Part shown: one piece after another, positions 1 through 14,800 of the stretch
Layout: every line of letters begins with the position of its first letter
Position numbering within the stretch: the stretch's first letter is position 1
Source of the DNA: the human T2T-CHM13v2.0 reference genome, Homo sapiens
Reading direction: 5' to 3' (one strand)
Length of the DNA: 64,000 nucleotides
NCBI RefSeq assembly: GCF_009914755.1
Contig: NC_060929.1
Notes under the pieces: generated by a model
The model's database searches: none
Told to the model about the DNA's origin: nothing
What the model saw: the letters and a program-made list of their open reading frames with translations, nothing else
Program-made: the position numbers and the translations under genes

Positions 1-2047
1 CTGAGATTATTGGTGGATCTAGGTACAAATAACAGAATCTGTGGGATGAACAGAATACTGGGACAGAGTGAGACATTAAAAAAGACTTACACTAGTCAAA
101 GGCAGCAAGAAGTGGTTCTTTGTCCATTTTTAAAGGTTAAGTGGCATATCAGAGGGAAGAATGTGCCCCTGCGTTGGGGGCTATTTAAGAAGAGGTGGTC
201 TTCCAGGGTAGCTGTATTACTAAAGAGGTAAGAGAGATTGTATAGTGAGAGGTGCATCATTTTAATGTGATGGTAAGTAGACCTTTGCTGATCTTAAGTA
301 AATTTTCAATAAAGTACCAAGAGTAGGAACTGAATTAGCCACAAGCTATTTGCCCGGAAATCATATATCATGTACAATAAACTCACAGAGTTTGCAAATA
401 AACAGAAAAAAATAAAGTAGTTGTAAAAAAGTTCCGGGTTAATTTTGTGCATGACTATTTCCCATGAAAAGGATCTATGAGAGAATATATTCTAGATAAG
501 GGAAAAAGATGTTATTATCAAGTGGCTAAAGACTCAGTGATGAATACAACATTTGTAAAGTGTTTCCTTTTATGTTTCTTAATATTAGAAATGCAGTGAA
601 ATTGTTTCTGAAAAAAAAAAGGTTGGCAGTGATATGTTAGCACTGATATTGGTGCATCTTTCTTTTTACTGTATTGCAACTTGCATTTTCTCTAAACAAA
701 TCAGAATTCATCCAAATGATTCTTTTCTGAAACAAGTCTAAACAGAACATTTATAAAGGTCCTTGAGTGAGTCATTCAAGATTGTATAATCTTTTCCCAT
801 TATTACTCATTTCTGTATGTTTAGATCCCAGCTGGACAAGAAAGAGCAAATGCCAAAATAGAACAAGAATGGTTTTGTTGAGGTGTTTACAGAATAAGCA
901 AAGCCTGGGTTTTAATTGGAATTTAATTCAGAGTTCTGTCTGAGTCCATCAAATGATCCCTGTTGAAGATTAAAAGTTTACTGCCTTAGGCAGTAAGTCT
1001 TAAATTATTTTTGATAGTATTTATTTAAAAATTTTAAAAACTATGTACCTCTCACATTTTAAGTTGTCAACAAAATTTTTTTTCATCATAAAGTTATACA
1101 ACTATAGAGGATGTAATTTTTGACCTATTTTAAATATTGTCATTCTAAAATAAGCATGTAATATCACTTTCAGGATATATTCAGTGGAATCTAAATATCA
1201 TAGTGGTTTGACCTCTTACATCATTCTTTTAAAAGTAGTCTTTTATTAAGAGTCAAAAATTTTATATTTTTGTTTTCGTTGGACTAATTCTAAAATTTAA
1301 GTTCCTCTTACGGAATGTTATCAAAAATTGTATAGTTATATGCTTAGAAGTCTTCTATTGATTAAGCCATCAAACTTAAGTACATCAAAATTTGTACTTT
1401 AAAGTTTAAATTCTTTTTTCCTTGTGAACATAATCCTATAAACTAAAATTTTCCTGGACCAAGTTATTTTTGTAGTTTACTAATATACAATTGATCAAAA
1501 CAATATAAAGCTATCGTAACATGTGAAAGATTATACAAATTGTAAAAATTTTGTTGGAAATATGTCTTAATGAGATGATTAGGGCTGTTTTTCCCAATTC
1601 ACATTTCCGTAGGGAAATATTCCTTAAAACTAAAATGTGGCATGGCTTAGCACATTTCACTCTCATTTTGTTTGATAGATGTAAATACCGAGAAAATCTG
1701 TTTACATAAGTAGATGAAAATGATAGTTTTATTGTGCACTGCTACTCAATTTTTAAAGCAATTTCTGTTATATGCCAAAAATCACAGTGATCTATCAAAA
1801 GTTATTTTCAAATTACCTCTCAGCTGACATGTCAAGTCCTCCTTAATTTTTTTTTTAAATAAACACTTGGTTTGAAAAAGGATTTGTCACACTGGCATCA
1901 GAATTATTCAGTGTGAATTGTCTCTTACTTGTCCTAATTCTTGCATTCCATGGCAATGTATCCTAAGACTCAGAATGGATAAGAGATGTTTCATTTAGTG
2001 GTTGTTTTTTTTTTTTAAATAAAGTAGAAAAGGAGCAATTGTCTGAA

Positions 2048-2230
2048 GTATTGGTCCTCAAACTTTGTTCCTTGGAACAACAGCATTAGTTTCACCCAGG
2101 AACTTGTGAAAAATGCAAATCCTCAGACCTTACCCTACTGAATGAGAGATTATGGGAGTGGGGACAGCAGTATGGGTTTTCGCAGGCACTCCGGTGCTTC
2201 TCATGCATTCTAAGGTGTATGAGAACTGGC
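2048..2230 (+). mobile_element. MER5A-like hAT-Charlie MITE
   Basis: Motifs ctcaaact...cagcattagtttcacccaggaacttgtgaaaaatgcaaatcctcag...tgagaact resemble the MER5A consensus. Confidence 0.65.
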
Positions 2231-2889
2231 ATAAAGGGGGATGCAAAAGCAGAAGCAGGAGCCTCCACCACAGACACCTCCCTAGGCAGATGAGTTTTAG
2301 AAAAGCCTCTAGGTGGAAATTAAAGTTCTGGAAATGGCTTCACTTTTATGTATCCCTTGGAAAGTCTTAGGGCACTCACACAGTAGGCATACTACCCTAG
2401 GAGTACATTAAGTTTTCCCCTGGTTTGGAGAAAGCTGCTTTAAGATACAGAGTCCTTAAAGTGCTTTCTGATTTTTAGTACATCATCTGTCCATATTTGT
2501 GAGCATGTGTTCTACCAGTCTGGTGGTGATTACTTTCCAACCTTTTAATGGGCCTCTGGTTTTAAAGAAAAAAATGAGAAAGGTTTTCTTTACAGGAAAA
2601 AACGAATAAAGCAGCATGATTAAAAATATTAATTTCTTAAAGACCTGATACAAAGTTTTAAGTGTAGGAATTAAGAGAAATTTAAAAACAGAAATAAAAG
2701 CAAAGAAGATATATTGTAATTTCTCTTCAAGAGCAAACCAGGAAAAGGAACCTCAAATTCAATGATGAGCCCTAAAAGAGGCCTAGGTGGGAGAATCCTT
2801 TGGAGTGGATTGATCTCTACATTGCTTCAGTTCCCAGAACATCTCACCCTCTCCTATGTTCATTAGCCAGATTAAACCCATTTTTCATA

Positions 2890-3005
2890 TAATAATACAT
2901 ATTGAGCACTTATCAGGTTCCAGGGCACTCTGTTAGGTGCTGGGGATACTGTTATAAACAAGATTAGCTGAGTTTCTGTTTTTAGGGAGCTTACAGTCTG
3001 ATGAG
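2890..3005 (-). mobile_element. L2 3' end fragment
   Basis: tattgagcactta...ggcactctgttaggtgctggggatac...ggagcttacagtct is the typical antisense L2 tail. Confidence 0.65.
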
Positions 3006-3779
3006 AAAGATTAGCAATGGCATTAAAGTAGGAGCAGTCTGATTTCTCAAAATGCAAAAGCCTCTGCTCTTGACCATCTCTTTTTTTTCCACTCTCCATC
3101 TTTGCCTGATTCCATTCATAACTGGCTTAAATCCCTACAGGATTACTTCCATGTCCAGTTGGTTGGATTCTATAGGCACATAAAGAGCTTTATCTTTCAA
3201 GTTGAACTATTATCTCTCTCTCTCCCCCAACCATTTTTTTTATAACTAGTAGTCTAAGAGTCATTCTGGCTTCTAATTTAATGCCCATATTCAATCAATT
3301 GCCAAATTCTATAATTCTACCTCCAAAGCCTTCTCATATCCATTCTCTTCTCTCTATCCAATATCTTAAATAGCTTTACTATCTCTAGACACACTGCTTT
3401 CCAAATTACCTTTCAAACTACTGCAGAGTATTCTTTAAAATGTGCAAATCAGAGCTTGGCATTCCCCAGCACAGAATTCTTCAGAACTTAATGCCTACAA
3501 AATAGAATCTAATTTCATATGCAGAGACCTTACCTACTTGTCCAATCTAATATTCTGCAAAATGCTGTGAAAAAAAAAAAACCAAACTATTTGATTTCAG
3601 GTCTTGATTTAGAAATCGTAAGTGGAACAACTATCAAATTTAAGTTCTAATGTTTTTATTTAATTAGATCAGTTTGGTTTCCTGTTAAGTCTCTGATCAA
3701 ATGTCAGACTCTCTTTGTAGCAATTGTATGGGAGGCAAAAATGGAAGATTAAAACTGCTATTTGACTGAGTAAGACATA

Positions 3780-4226
3780 GGTGTGTCTTTCCAGGTACAC
3801 TCTACACCCTTCTGCTCTGTGCTCTGAGATACTGACTGTATAGATTGCTCCTATTGGGTTCAGCCATAGAGAGCATTGCAGGAAATCAGAACCAGAGAGG
3901 ATAACTCTATATCAGTGTGTAGCCACTTGGCTCCTCCCAATCCTGTGGGATTGCCATGGGCTGGTGGTACTCTATAATAAAGTTATTAGATCCTCCTGGG
4001 CAGCAGTCTCCACAGAGCCCTCTTTGCCTCCTGGTTCCACAGCTCCTCATAAGACCTTTCAGGACCGGTCTAGCAAGAGCTCTCCACTGTTTTTGGCTCC
4101 ATAGATACTGTATTATGAACTGTGATTTCCTTAAGCTTCTCGCTTTTGTAAATCCCTTTATTAAACACTCTTTGACTAATTTTATTTGATTGTGTCATCT
4201 GTTTCCTGTTGGATTCTTGGCTGACA
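3780..4226 (+). mobile_element. LTR33-family (ERVL) solo LTR
   Basis: 3' end ttgtaaatccctttattaaac...tgtgtcatctgtttcctgttggattcttggctgaca and internal ctattgggttcagcca...gcaggaaatcaga. Start approximate. Confidence 0.55.
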
Positions 4227-6679
4227 GTGTTATTTGATGCATTTCTTCAGGGGAAATTATGGAAGTAACCCCATTCATTTCATTCATAGGATAGGCATGC
4301 TACATTGCAGTCTGGAAGCTTGCACACTGGTTCCCTTGGGTTGCTTCTATGGCATCTTATTGTGTACTTATATGAGGTTATAGCCTTAATTCCTTTCTTG
4401 TAACCATTAAACACAAAGCATGTGATTGTTGCAACTGCCAGCCATTTTTCTGCCTCGGCTATGCATAAACATGGCCACACTACAGACTTCTTGGTCTGAA
4501 CTTTGTGTTTTCTGGCTTAAATTTCCAAAACAAAATGTATTACTCCTCAACTTGAGTTCACAATCAAGGTCAGCTTTCAATGCTTGTTTTATACTTAGGA
4601 GGAAAAAAAAAGAGTAGGAGTGAAGTTATATAGGTGCATAACAAGTTTCTCTGAGACTAAACCCCAATATCTTTGAAACTTTTTGGTTACCCACTGAGAA
4701 AGTAGGATGAGAAGGGAGGAAGACATTGCTATTTTAAACCTGCCAACAGATTTCGTTTCTTTGGATAGAAGTATGCCTTTATCTTTCAGAGATGAATTTT
4801 TCCCTCTGGTTTTTGGAGAAGTCATTCCGGGGGACGTCTTCAAGTTACACAAATTTAAGACCAAGCTCATACTTCGGGATGAATTGGTAAAAGGAGAAGC
4901 TGAGCTGCTCTGCATTAAAAAGTAGATGTTGTTTTCTTCTCATACAAAGTGTTGTATCTTTTAGATTAAACTTTAATACATATTCTGTTCGTTTTCTCTG
5001 GGGTCTTGATTCCAGGGCATGAAAAATTCTTGGCAGAGGCTTTCTGTGTTGAAGAGGAAAGCTGATTCCAGCAACATGGTGGCAGATGTGCTGAAATCAA
5101 GAGAAACCTCTCCTAGAGATCTGTGCAGAGGCCTATAAACTCTGGAAGTAGTCCAATAAAGTACACTGTATTAAGTGTGGCTTGGTTGTGTTAGAATTCT
5201 TTACATTTCCTTAAATTCTCAGGATAATTTGGTTAAGTCTTGACTATGCTTTTCAGAACTAAGACATGGACCATGGCTTCATCTGTGTAGGGTAGAGCAA
5301 TAATAGATCAGCAGCAGTCTTGGTAAGCCAGATAAAGATGGTTGGGAATCACATGCCTGGTATGCGAAGGCTGGCTGGGGTCAGAGTGATATGCAGGGCA
5401 ATTGATGGAGTAGGGCAGCGTTCCTCAACAAAATGTGCCAAGAATATTTTGTGAGAGGGGCCTGATATGATTTTTAAATTTTTGGCAGGTAATGTGTGTT
5501 TTGGGGAATGCTGTTTTAGTGATAAAGGGAAGTGCAACTTCTTAAAACTAAATTTGGGAATATCTATATTATTCAGGCTTTCTTATAAGTAGTATCTTCA
5601 TTGCTTAATATGTGGCAATATTTTGACTTTTAACTTTGAGTATCTTCTCCTTAAACATGAGGTAAATTAACAGATAATTTCATTTTGGATAAGGATATGT
5701 CGTTCAAAAAAGTGATTAGGAAAATTGTTAATGAACATAATAAGCAAAGAAAATAAAAGTAACGCAGCAAAAGAAGTAGAAGAAAGTTAGTTCCAATGAT
5801 GGGGAAAAAATAGAATAGAAAATTAGTAAAGTAATTCCAGAAGAATGAGAGTAAAACAACAATATCATTGTTTTGGAAAAAGATTGAGGAAAGAAACAGG
5901 GATTTTAGAGGCTATACTAATCTAGGTTGAGCCAAAACATACCATTAAAAAGCAGGCTTTGGGATTCAGTGATGCTCTGATTATGAAAGGAGGAAAGAAG
6001 AGAATGGTAAGTGCAACATTTAGCATACAGAGTTGAGGAAAATAGAAATACTATAAAGCATTCACGTCAACACAGTAGATAGGTTACATGGAACACCAAG
6101 AAACATTGGAAGCTCGCTACCAAAAGGACAAATGTTAGTGAGGGGCTTGGGAATTTCTGATTTTATAAGAAGGAAACAAACTTAGAATTATTTTTATTTA
6201 AATGAAGGTTTGAAAATACAAAAATAACAGCCCTGCTTATCCACAAAGGAGGAAGTTCAGGATAGAGATTAGACCAAAGGACGAGAGATGCTGAAACAAC
6301 TGAGAATGAATGGACCATTGTGCTAAAACTGGAAAATATGCATCTAGGCTGAAAATAGCATAGGCAATTACTACTTATTGAATATTACCTAAATCATAAC
6401 TCTCTCCATTACACACCATGAAAACACTTTAGATATGTGCTAAATTATGTCCTTGCTCTTTTGTTGTTATTGTTAATTTATTAGCTGAGTAACACCTGTT
6501 CATTGTAAACTTGTGGGAAAATACATAAAAGCACAAATAGGAAAGTAAATACTCAAGAGACTGTTTGCTTCAGATCACTATTTTTAACCCACAGGGATCC
6601 AAAGAGTTCTCAATAACTATATGTAGAGGGAACTATTTATTGGGTGGTAGTCACTCTCCTAAGTGTTTTGCCATCTGTT

Positions 6680-6805
6680 TCTTTTCACAAGAAAGTAAAC
6701 TCCGTGAGCACAAAACCTGTTCTGTCTTGTTCATCACCATGTTCCTAACACCTGCAATAGGGCCTGGCATGCAGGAGGCACTCAATAAATATTTGTTAAA
6801 TGAAG
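6680..6805 (+). mobile_element. L2 3' end
   Basis: gtaaactccgtgagc...tctgtcttgttcatcacc...gcctggcatgcaggaggcactcaataaatatttgttaaatgaa. Confidence 0.75.
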
Positions 6806-6844
6806 GACTAAATCACCTCTTCTAGTGTTCCCATAGATTTTATT

Positions 6845-6975
6845 GTCATGCCTATTTGCTGATGAGGAAACAGAGGTACAGAGAGATTATGCTGACTTCC
6901 CAAAGCTGCTTAGTGATGGGAGGTAGAGCTGGGATGTACACCTAGAAAGTTTGATTCCGGAGCTCATTAACACAT
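6845..6975 (-). mobile_element. MIR
   Basis: Core gatgaggaaacagaggtacagagag...ggtagagctgggat. Confidence 0.6.
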
Positions 6976-7051
6976 TTGGTTATTACTCCGTGGGTAGTGG
7001 GGAGCCGGTAGAAAATAAGGTCAATGTGATGATATTAATAACATCACACTG

Positions 7052-7377
<326 letters not shown>

Positions 7378-8736
7378 TAACATCACACTGAAACTAAAAC
7401 AGAAACCCCTTACCTCCATAAGACAGATGTTGTCAATAACTTATTACATTATTTGTTGAGCAGTTCTGTCAACCAGCAGCATCAGAAGCTGAGGACAGAA
7501 AAAGAAAAATGTAAAGCCATTTGTCTCTCACCACTCTGCTCCAGAAATACGCCATCCATGGTTGTCTGGCACCTAAATTAGTGGCTGAATGGTTTAACAA
7601 ATAAGAATCACACAGCCTGTTGGGATTTCTAGAATTTCACATAAATGAATGTTTAGAAAAAAATATAGGTACAATTTGTGTCTATTTAAGACTGCGGAGT
7701 CAGAGTGAACGTCAGAGTCATTTCATTCTGGATTTCAGCACATCGTGACTTTTATTGTTGCCTATTTTACCAAAATAAATATTTGCCAGTTATTTTGTGA
7801 TGCTGGGAACATGCCAGGGCATCAGTGGGAATGTCTGGAACAGAATCGAAAGTTGTTTTCCAGCGAGCTGTGGACAAATCTCCAAGCAGCCATTTTGCAT
7901 GATCCTGGAGATCAAGAAATGCTTGCATGAATTTTCAAATACAGTTTACATTTTAGCATTCATAGGAGTCACTGACATGCCTATGACATATCCTAATTCA
8001 CATAAGCATATAAGTCTGTGAATTTCTGAAGTGAATGGAGATTAAATAAAACAACCCAACTTTTGATTTCAAAGAAAATGTAGCAGAAAAAAATGACAAT
8101 GTGTTCTAAGTTTTGATTACCCTTAAGAATGTACTTCGAATTAGGCTACAAATGTAAGAGCACAAATTCATTCCTTTGTTCATTTATTTTTTCATTCATT
8201 CACAATGTTTTTTAAGCACAAACTACATTTCAGGTATTATTTTATTTCTGAGATTCATTTCAGACTTTATTACATTGTTATTACAGTAGGACAAGACTCT
8301 TCTGGGTTTTAGTAATTGCCCCTGAAACATGAAACATTTAACCTTCCAGAAACGATCTGACAACATCCAACACTTATACTAGCACACTGAAAAGATATGT
8401 TATCTGTTTCAGTATTAAAGACATTACAAAGTAAAGCAAGCTTTGTTGGAAACTAGAAATAGCCTGTGAGTTCAGGTTGGAAAAAAATGTTTGAAGGCAG
8501 GAAGGAAGATTTGCATTCAAGCAACAAGTAGGTGTAATAACAAGTTTGTAATAATTCTGTGCCAAATAGGGACTCTGTATTTGAAAATATTGCCTCAAAT
8601 ATTTCATTCAATGTCATGTCTTATGCCATCTTGTAAGTTGATTTAAAATGTACTGAGACAATGCCAAACAATGTTTTAGCTGAACTTTCTTTGCTTGTGT
8701 CTCTCAGTTCCTTGTTTAGGAGTTGGGAACTGGTTA

Positions 8737-9270
<534 letters not shown>

Positions 9271-9996
9271 TTAGTTTTCTCAGATAATGTAGCTGGCTCC
9301 CAACTGGACCTAAGATGGTGGTTAGGATTTGGTGCTGTCTGACTGTGAAGAGGTCATTCTTAGGTATCATTTTTATGAGCACATTTTTTGGGGGGTTTTG
9401 GTTTAGCTGAAAACTAAAGAAAAATATTTTTCCTTTTTGTTTTCTTAGTGGAAAAGTGAGAGAACAGAGGTCTATCCTATGTATATCTACCACTTAAGGC
9501 CGAAGCCGAAGGAACTATTTTTATTAGAGATTGAAACCAAGACTTATGCAGTGCTATGCTTCACAACATGAGGGGCAGAATGTGATCCGTAGTCACATGG
9601 CAAGGGGCAAGGGAAATTGTGTGGCTCTGGTACCTGAGGGCTTCAGGGAACATGCCAGGGCATCAGTGGGAATGTCTAGACACCCAGACAGAACCAGAGG
9701 CTGCTCTGGGAGCTGGGGATGCTGTTAGACCCTCTGCACAGATGGAATCAAGAGTCAGATGATTAGTTATTTAAGCCATTATGATCACTTCAAGGCTGTT
9801 CTAGTGAAGACAGGGGTAAATGAGGCTAAAAGTGTTTCAGACACTTTAATTTAGTAGTAAAAGAGCCCTTTCTACTCACAATGAAAGCTTATTCTGAACA
9901 CAGATACATAATACAGATAGAAGTAGAGCTCTCTGTGTTGAAATGGTAAGAACCTGGAGCTACCCGCTTAGCTCAACCGGCATCTATGTTTCTTAC

Positions 9997-10385
9997 AGCT
10001 CCCTAAGTGCTTCCAATTTGCAGCCAAGGTGGAGGACCACTGCCTTAGAGAAATGCTTCTCAAACATTAATGTACTTACTAGTCACCTGGGGATCTTGTT
10101 AAAATGCAGGTTTCTATTCAGGAGGTCTGGGATGGGGTCTGAGGCTCTGCAAGTCTAACAAGCTCCCAGGTGATTCTGATGTTGCCGGTAGGTAAAACAC
10201 ACTTTGAATAACAAGGTCTTGGAACACTGGTTCTCTCACTTTCGTGGGCATAAAAATCTCATAGGGTGCTTATTAAAACACCGATTATTGTGCTTGGCTC
10301 TCAGAATGTTGGATTCAGTAGGTCTATGATAGGGCCTGGCAATTTGCATTTCTAATATGTTCACGGGTGATGTAGCTCTGGGCGT
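9997..10385. mobile_element. Cluster of MER5-family hAT MITEs (about three abutting pieces)
   Basis: ...gcagccaaggtggaggaccactg (to about 10042), then tgcttctcaaac...tcacctggggatcttgttaaaatgcag...cacactttgaataacaag (about 10049-10215), then ctggttctctcac...gattcagtaggtct...tttgcatttctaa (about 10225-10385). Confidence 0.7.
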
Positions 10386-11574
10386 GATCACATAGGGCAA
10401 TATTTGCAAAACCTGGCAGAACTTGGCAACCTCATAATGTATACTCATGCTTGGCACCTCCACCCCTCCCCACTCCCCTTGACGCTCCATCCCTGCCTCT
10501 AGCAGAATCTGCTTTAAAGGCCCCTTGTTGATGCTAATCAAACCATTGATATAAGGCCTTATAGGTCACATGAGGACTTGAGATTTCATTCTAAATACAT
10601 ACTATACATTCATTGTCTCTGCTTTTCAAAATAATTCTTGACTGGATTAAAGATATTTTAAAACAGATCACTGATGAAATCCTAACACCTGAACTATACA
10701 TTTTCATCTGGTTCCCTACGAATTATGTCATCTGAATATTATCTGATGAGTATTATTTCAGCAGATTATTTCATCTGAATAATCCCTATGAGGTAGATAC
10801 TGTCTCCATTATCTCTTTTATTACAAGTGAGGAAGACTCAGAAATGTTGTTAGCCAGACAATTCTTTAATTCCTGTAGAGAAATAGATTAAGAGTTCAAA
10901 ACTGGTTGATTTTGGAATCTACTCATGCCAAACTAGCTATATTGTTTTCCTCCCACTTTCTATTAACTTGGGTCTGTTCCATTATGGGTTATGTGGCAGA
11001 AGCTAATTACTGGGAGCTTGTAATTTGAAGTGACAGGTAATCGAAACTTCAGTCCTCTATGAATGTCTGTGTAATGCATAATACATTATTAAGCACTAAT
11101 TATTTAAAACACAAATGAAGCTGATTGAAGTCAGCTGCAGGAATTGGTGGTTAATATTAAAATTGAAACTACAGATAATTAACTTGGGTCCAAAAAAGCT
11201 CATTTCAAGGTAGCTCGCAAAAATTATTTTTTGTCATTTGGTATTAATTATGACATGATAATAAGCCTAATTTTATTTATTTGGTCCATGTACATTTGCC
11301 TCATGTTCTCAGGACAAAAAGCAGAATAAAAGTTCTAAATCCAAGAAAGGAAGAAAATAATCTATCCCACACTTGTATTAATATTTAATTGTTTGCTGAA
11401 TTAATACTCTAAGGTTGCCAACACAAACCTCAGTGGAAATGGTGATTCTTTTAAAAGAATATTAAATTGGATTTTAGTTTCAAATGGGATATTATTTTAT
11501 AAAATTTTATCAGTCAAATTTTTCTAAATGGAACATCTTATTAGAACAATAGGATGCATATCCCCAATAGTTTA

Positions 11575-11913
11575 TGTATATACACTGTAAAAATATATGC
11601 TATATAAATAATATATAACATTATGATATATATTATTATATGATATTATGTATCATGCTATATATTATGATATATAATATATTATGTTACATATATAATA
11701 TAATATGTTACATATTATGATATATAATATATTATAATACATTATATACCATATTATATTATATATTATATATATTATAATTATATATTATAATGTAATA
11801 TATTTTAATACATTATATATCATTATAATATAAAATATTTTAATATATTATATATCATATTATTATATATTATATAATACATTGTATATTATATCATATA
11901 CATAAATATTGTA
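11575..11913. repeat. AT-rich low-complexity tract (degenerate TA/TAT repeats)
   Basis: About 340 bp almost entirely A/T, with recurring tattatgatatataatatattat. Confidence 0.9.
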
Positions 11914-12464
11914 TCTAATTTCCTATTAGTTTTTGTTTCTGGAATTGTCCACCTGAAGCTTTGTATCCTGCAGCAGTGTATGATGATGTATCTTGTGTAA
12001 GTGCGGGAAAAAAGTGAAGATTTTTTAAAGTATAGTTGGAGTAGTACCTATCGATAAACATATTTCTGTGATTTGCGGAAGAGATCCCAGAAGTGTACAT
12101 TTCTCCAGTACAAATATGCCATAGTGCTAAGAAGAAGCAGCTCTAACTTCCTCTGCCACCTATCTGCAACTTGGGGCATTGGGAGCAAAATTAAAATCCT
12201 TGCCCATTAAAATCCTTGTGGGGCTTTGGAACTATACTTAGTTTTCTTCAGGAGCAACAATCTCCAAGGCTAGCTACCTTGAGGATTTATAAGTTTAGTA
12301 TAGATAGAAATGACAGATTTTCCTGCCCCCAGGTCTTCTTGTTGATTATTGAAAAAACATAAATTATTTTCCTCATCCAATATTTAGGGAAAAAAAAAAC
12401 TGGTAAAGATACGATTTCTTAAAGGTCCCCTGGCCAAGGTGGACACACTGGCAGTGGTAGCATT

Positions 12465-13719
<1,255 letters not shown>

Positions 13720-13864
13720 CATGATTATCTCCCTACACATAATTCTTCTGAACATTTGAGCAATGGGCGACCCATTTTTACAGAACTGTATCTTACCATA
13801 CTCTTTCTCCATATTTCTCATTGCTTGTTTGTTCTAAAAGCCAGATTTCCATTTTCCATTTCTT

Positions 13865-14290
13865 TCATTCAATAAATACTTATTGATTGACTTCAATGTG
13901 CTGGACCTGTGCTAGGTGCTGAATAATACAGTAATGAAACAAACATTGTCCTTATTATCAGAGAAAGACATTGGATACAAAACACAAAGACATGTAATAT
14001 TATAAATTGTTGTAAGATGTTGTGAAGGCAGAAACAATGTACTGTGAGGAACAATAACAGTGGAGGAAGGGTATTTACTTTGGTGGGATGGGAAGGCCAC
14101 CCGAAGGAGGTGACATTGAAGCCAAGGTGAGCTGTGAAGAACCAGAAGAAACCAATAAAACAAAATGTAAAGACTGGGTTGGGTGGGGGAAGTACACATT
14201 TCAGGGAAAGAAAACAATCCTGTGTGAAAGCTCTGAGAAAATAAAAACATGGCATATTTGAGAAATCAAAAGAAAGCCAGTGTAATTAAA
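13865..14290 (-). mobile_element. L2 3' portion
   Basis: cattcaataaatacttattga...ctgtgctaggtgctg...ggaggtgacattgaagc. Confidence 0.65.
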
Positions 14291-14325
14291 GTGGGAGATT
14301 GGCAGTTCCTATAAGTTCTACAACA

Positions 14326-14540
14326 TCGTGTAATGATTAAGGGCTTTGATCCCTAGAGGCAGACTCCCTGGGTCAAATTCAGGATTCACCTCTTAATAGC
14401 CTGTCATATTTGACAAGTTATTTACTCCGTGCTTTATTTTTCTCATCTGTAAAAGGAAGCCATAATGCTTATCCTATATGGTAATTGTGTTATCAAATTA
14501 GTGATTGGATGCTAAGTACTTAGGACATCTTCTGCAATAT
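14326..14540 (+). mobile_element. MIR
   Basis: gcagactccctgggtcaaattc...tgacaagttattt...tctcatctgtaaaagg. Confidence 0.65.
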
Positions 14541-14542
14541 AG

Positions 14543-14800
14543 TGTCTTAGTCTGTGTGAGCTGCTATAACATAATATCATTAATTGGGTAGCTTAGAAAA
14601 AACAGAAATGTATTCCTCATAGTTCTAGAGGCTGGAAAGGCCAAGGTCAAGGTGCAGGCAAAATCAGTGTCTGGTGTGGACCTGTTTCCCAGTTGCCTTT
14701 TCCTGTGTCCTCACATGGTGGAAGAAGTCTCTTTTATAAGGGCACTAATCCCATTCATGAGAGCTCCACTCTCGTGACCTAATCACTTCCCAAAGGCCTT
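14543..14800 (-). mobile_element. MLT1A-type MaLR LTR (partial)
   Basis: tgtcttagtct...gctgctataaca...ttctagaggctgg...ataagggcactaatcccattcatgag...gacctaatcac. Confidence 0.8.

Noticed and set aside
1-700. AATAAA hexamers near the window start as a VCAN 3' end
   Set aside because: No VCAN exon sequence is recognisable, and hexamers are expected by chance in AT-rich DNA.
12190-12218. Short tandem duplications (attaaaatccttg twice; aagaacaagg twice near 15934)
   Set aside because: Ordinary slippage-type micro-duplications.
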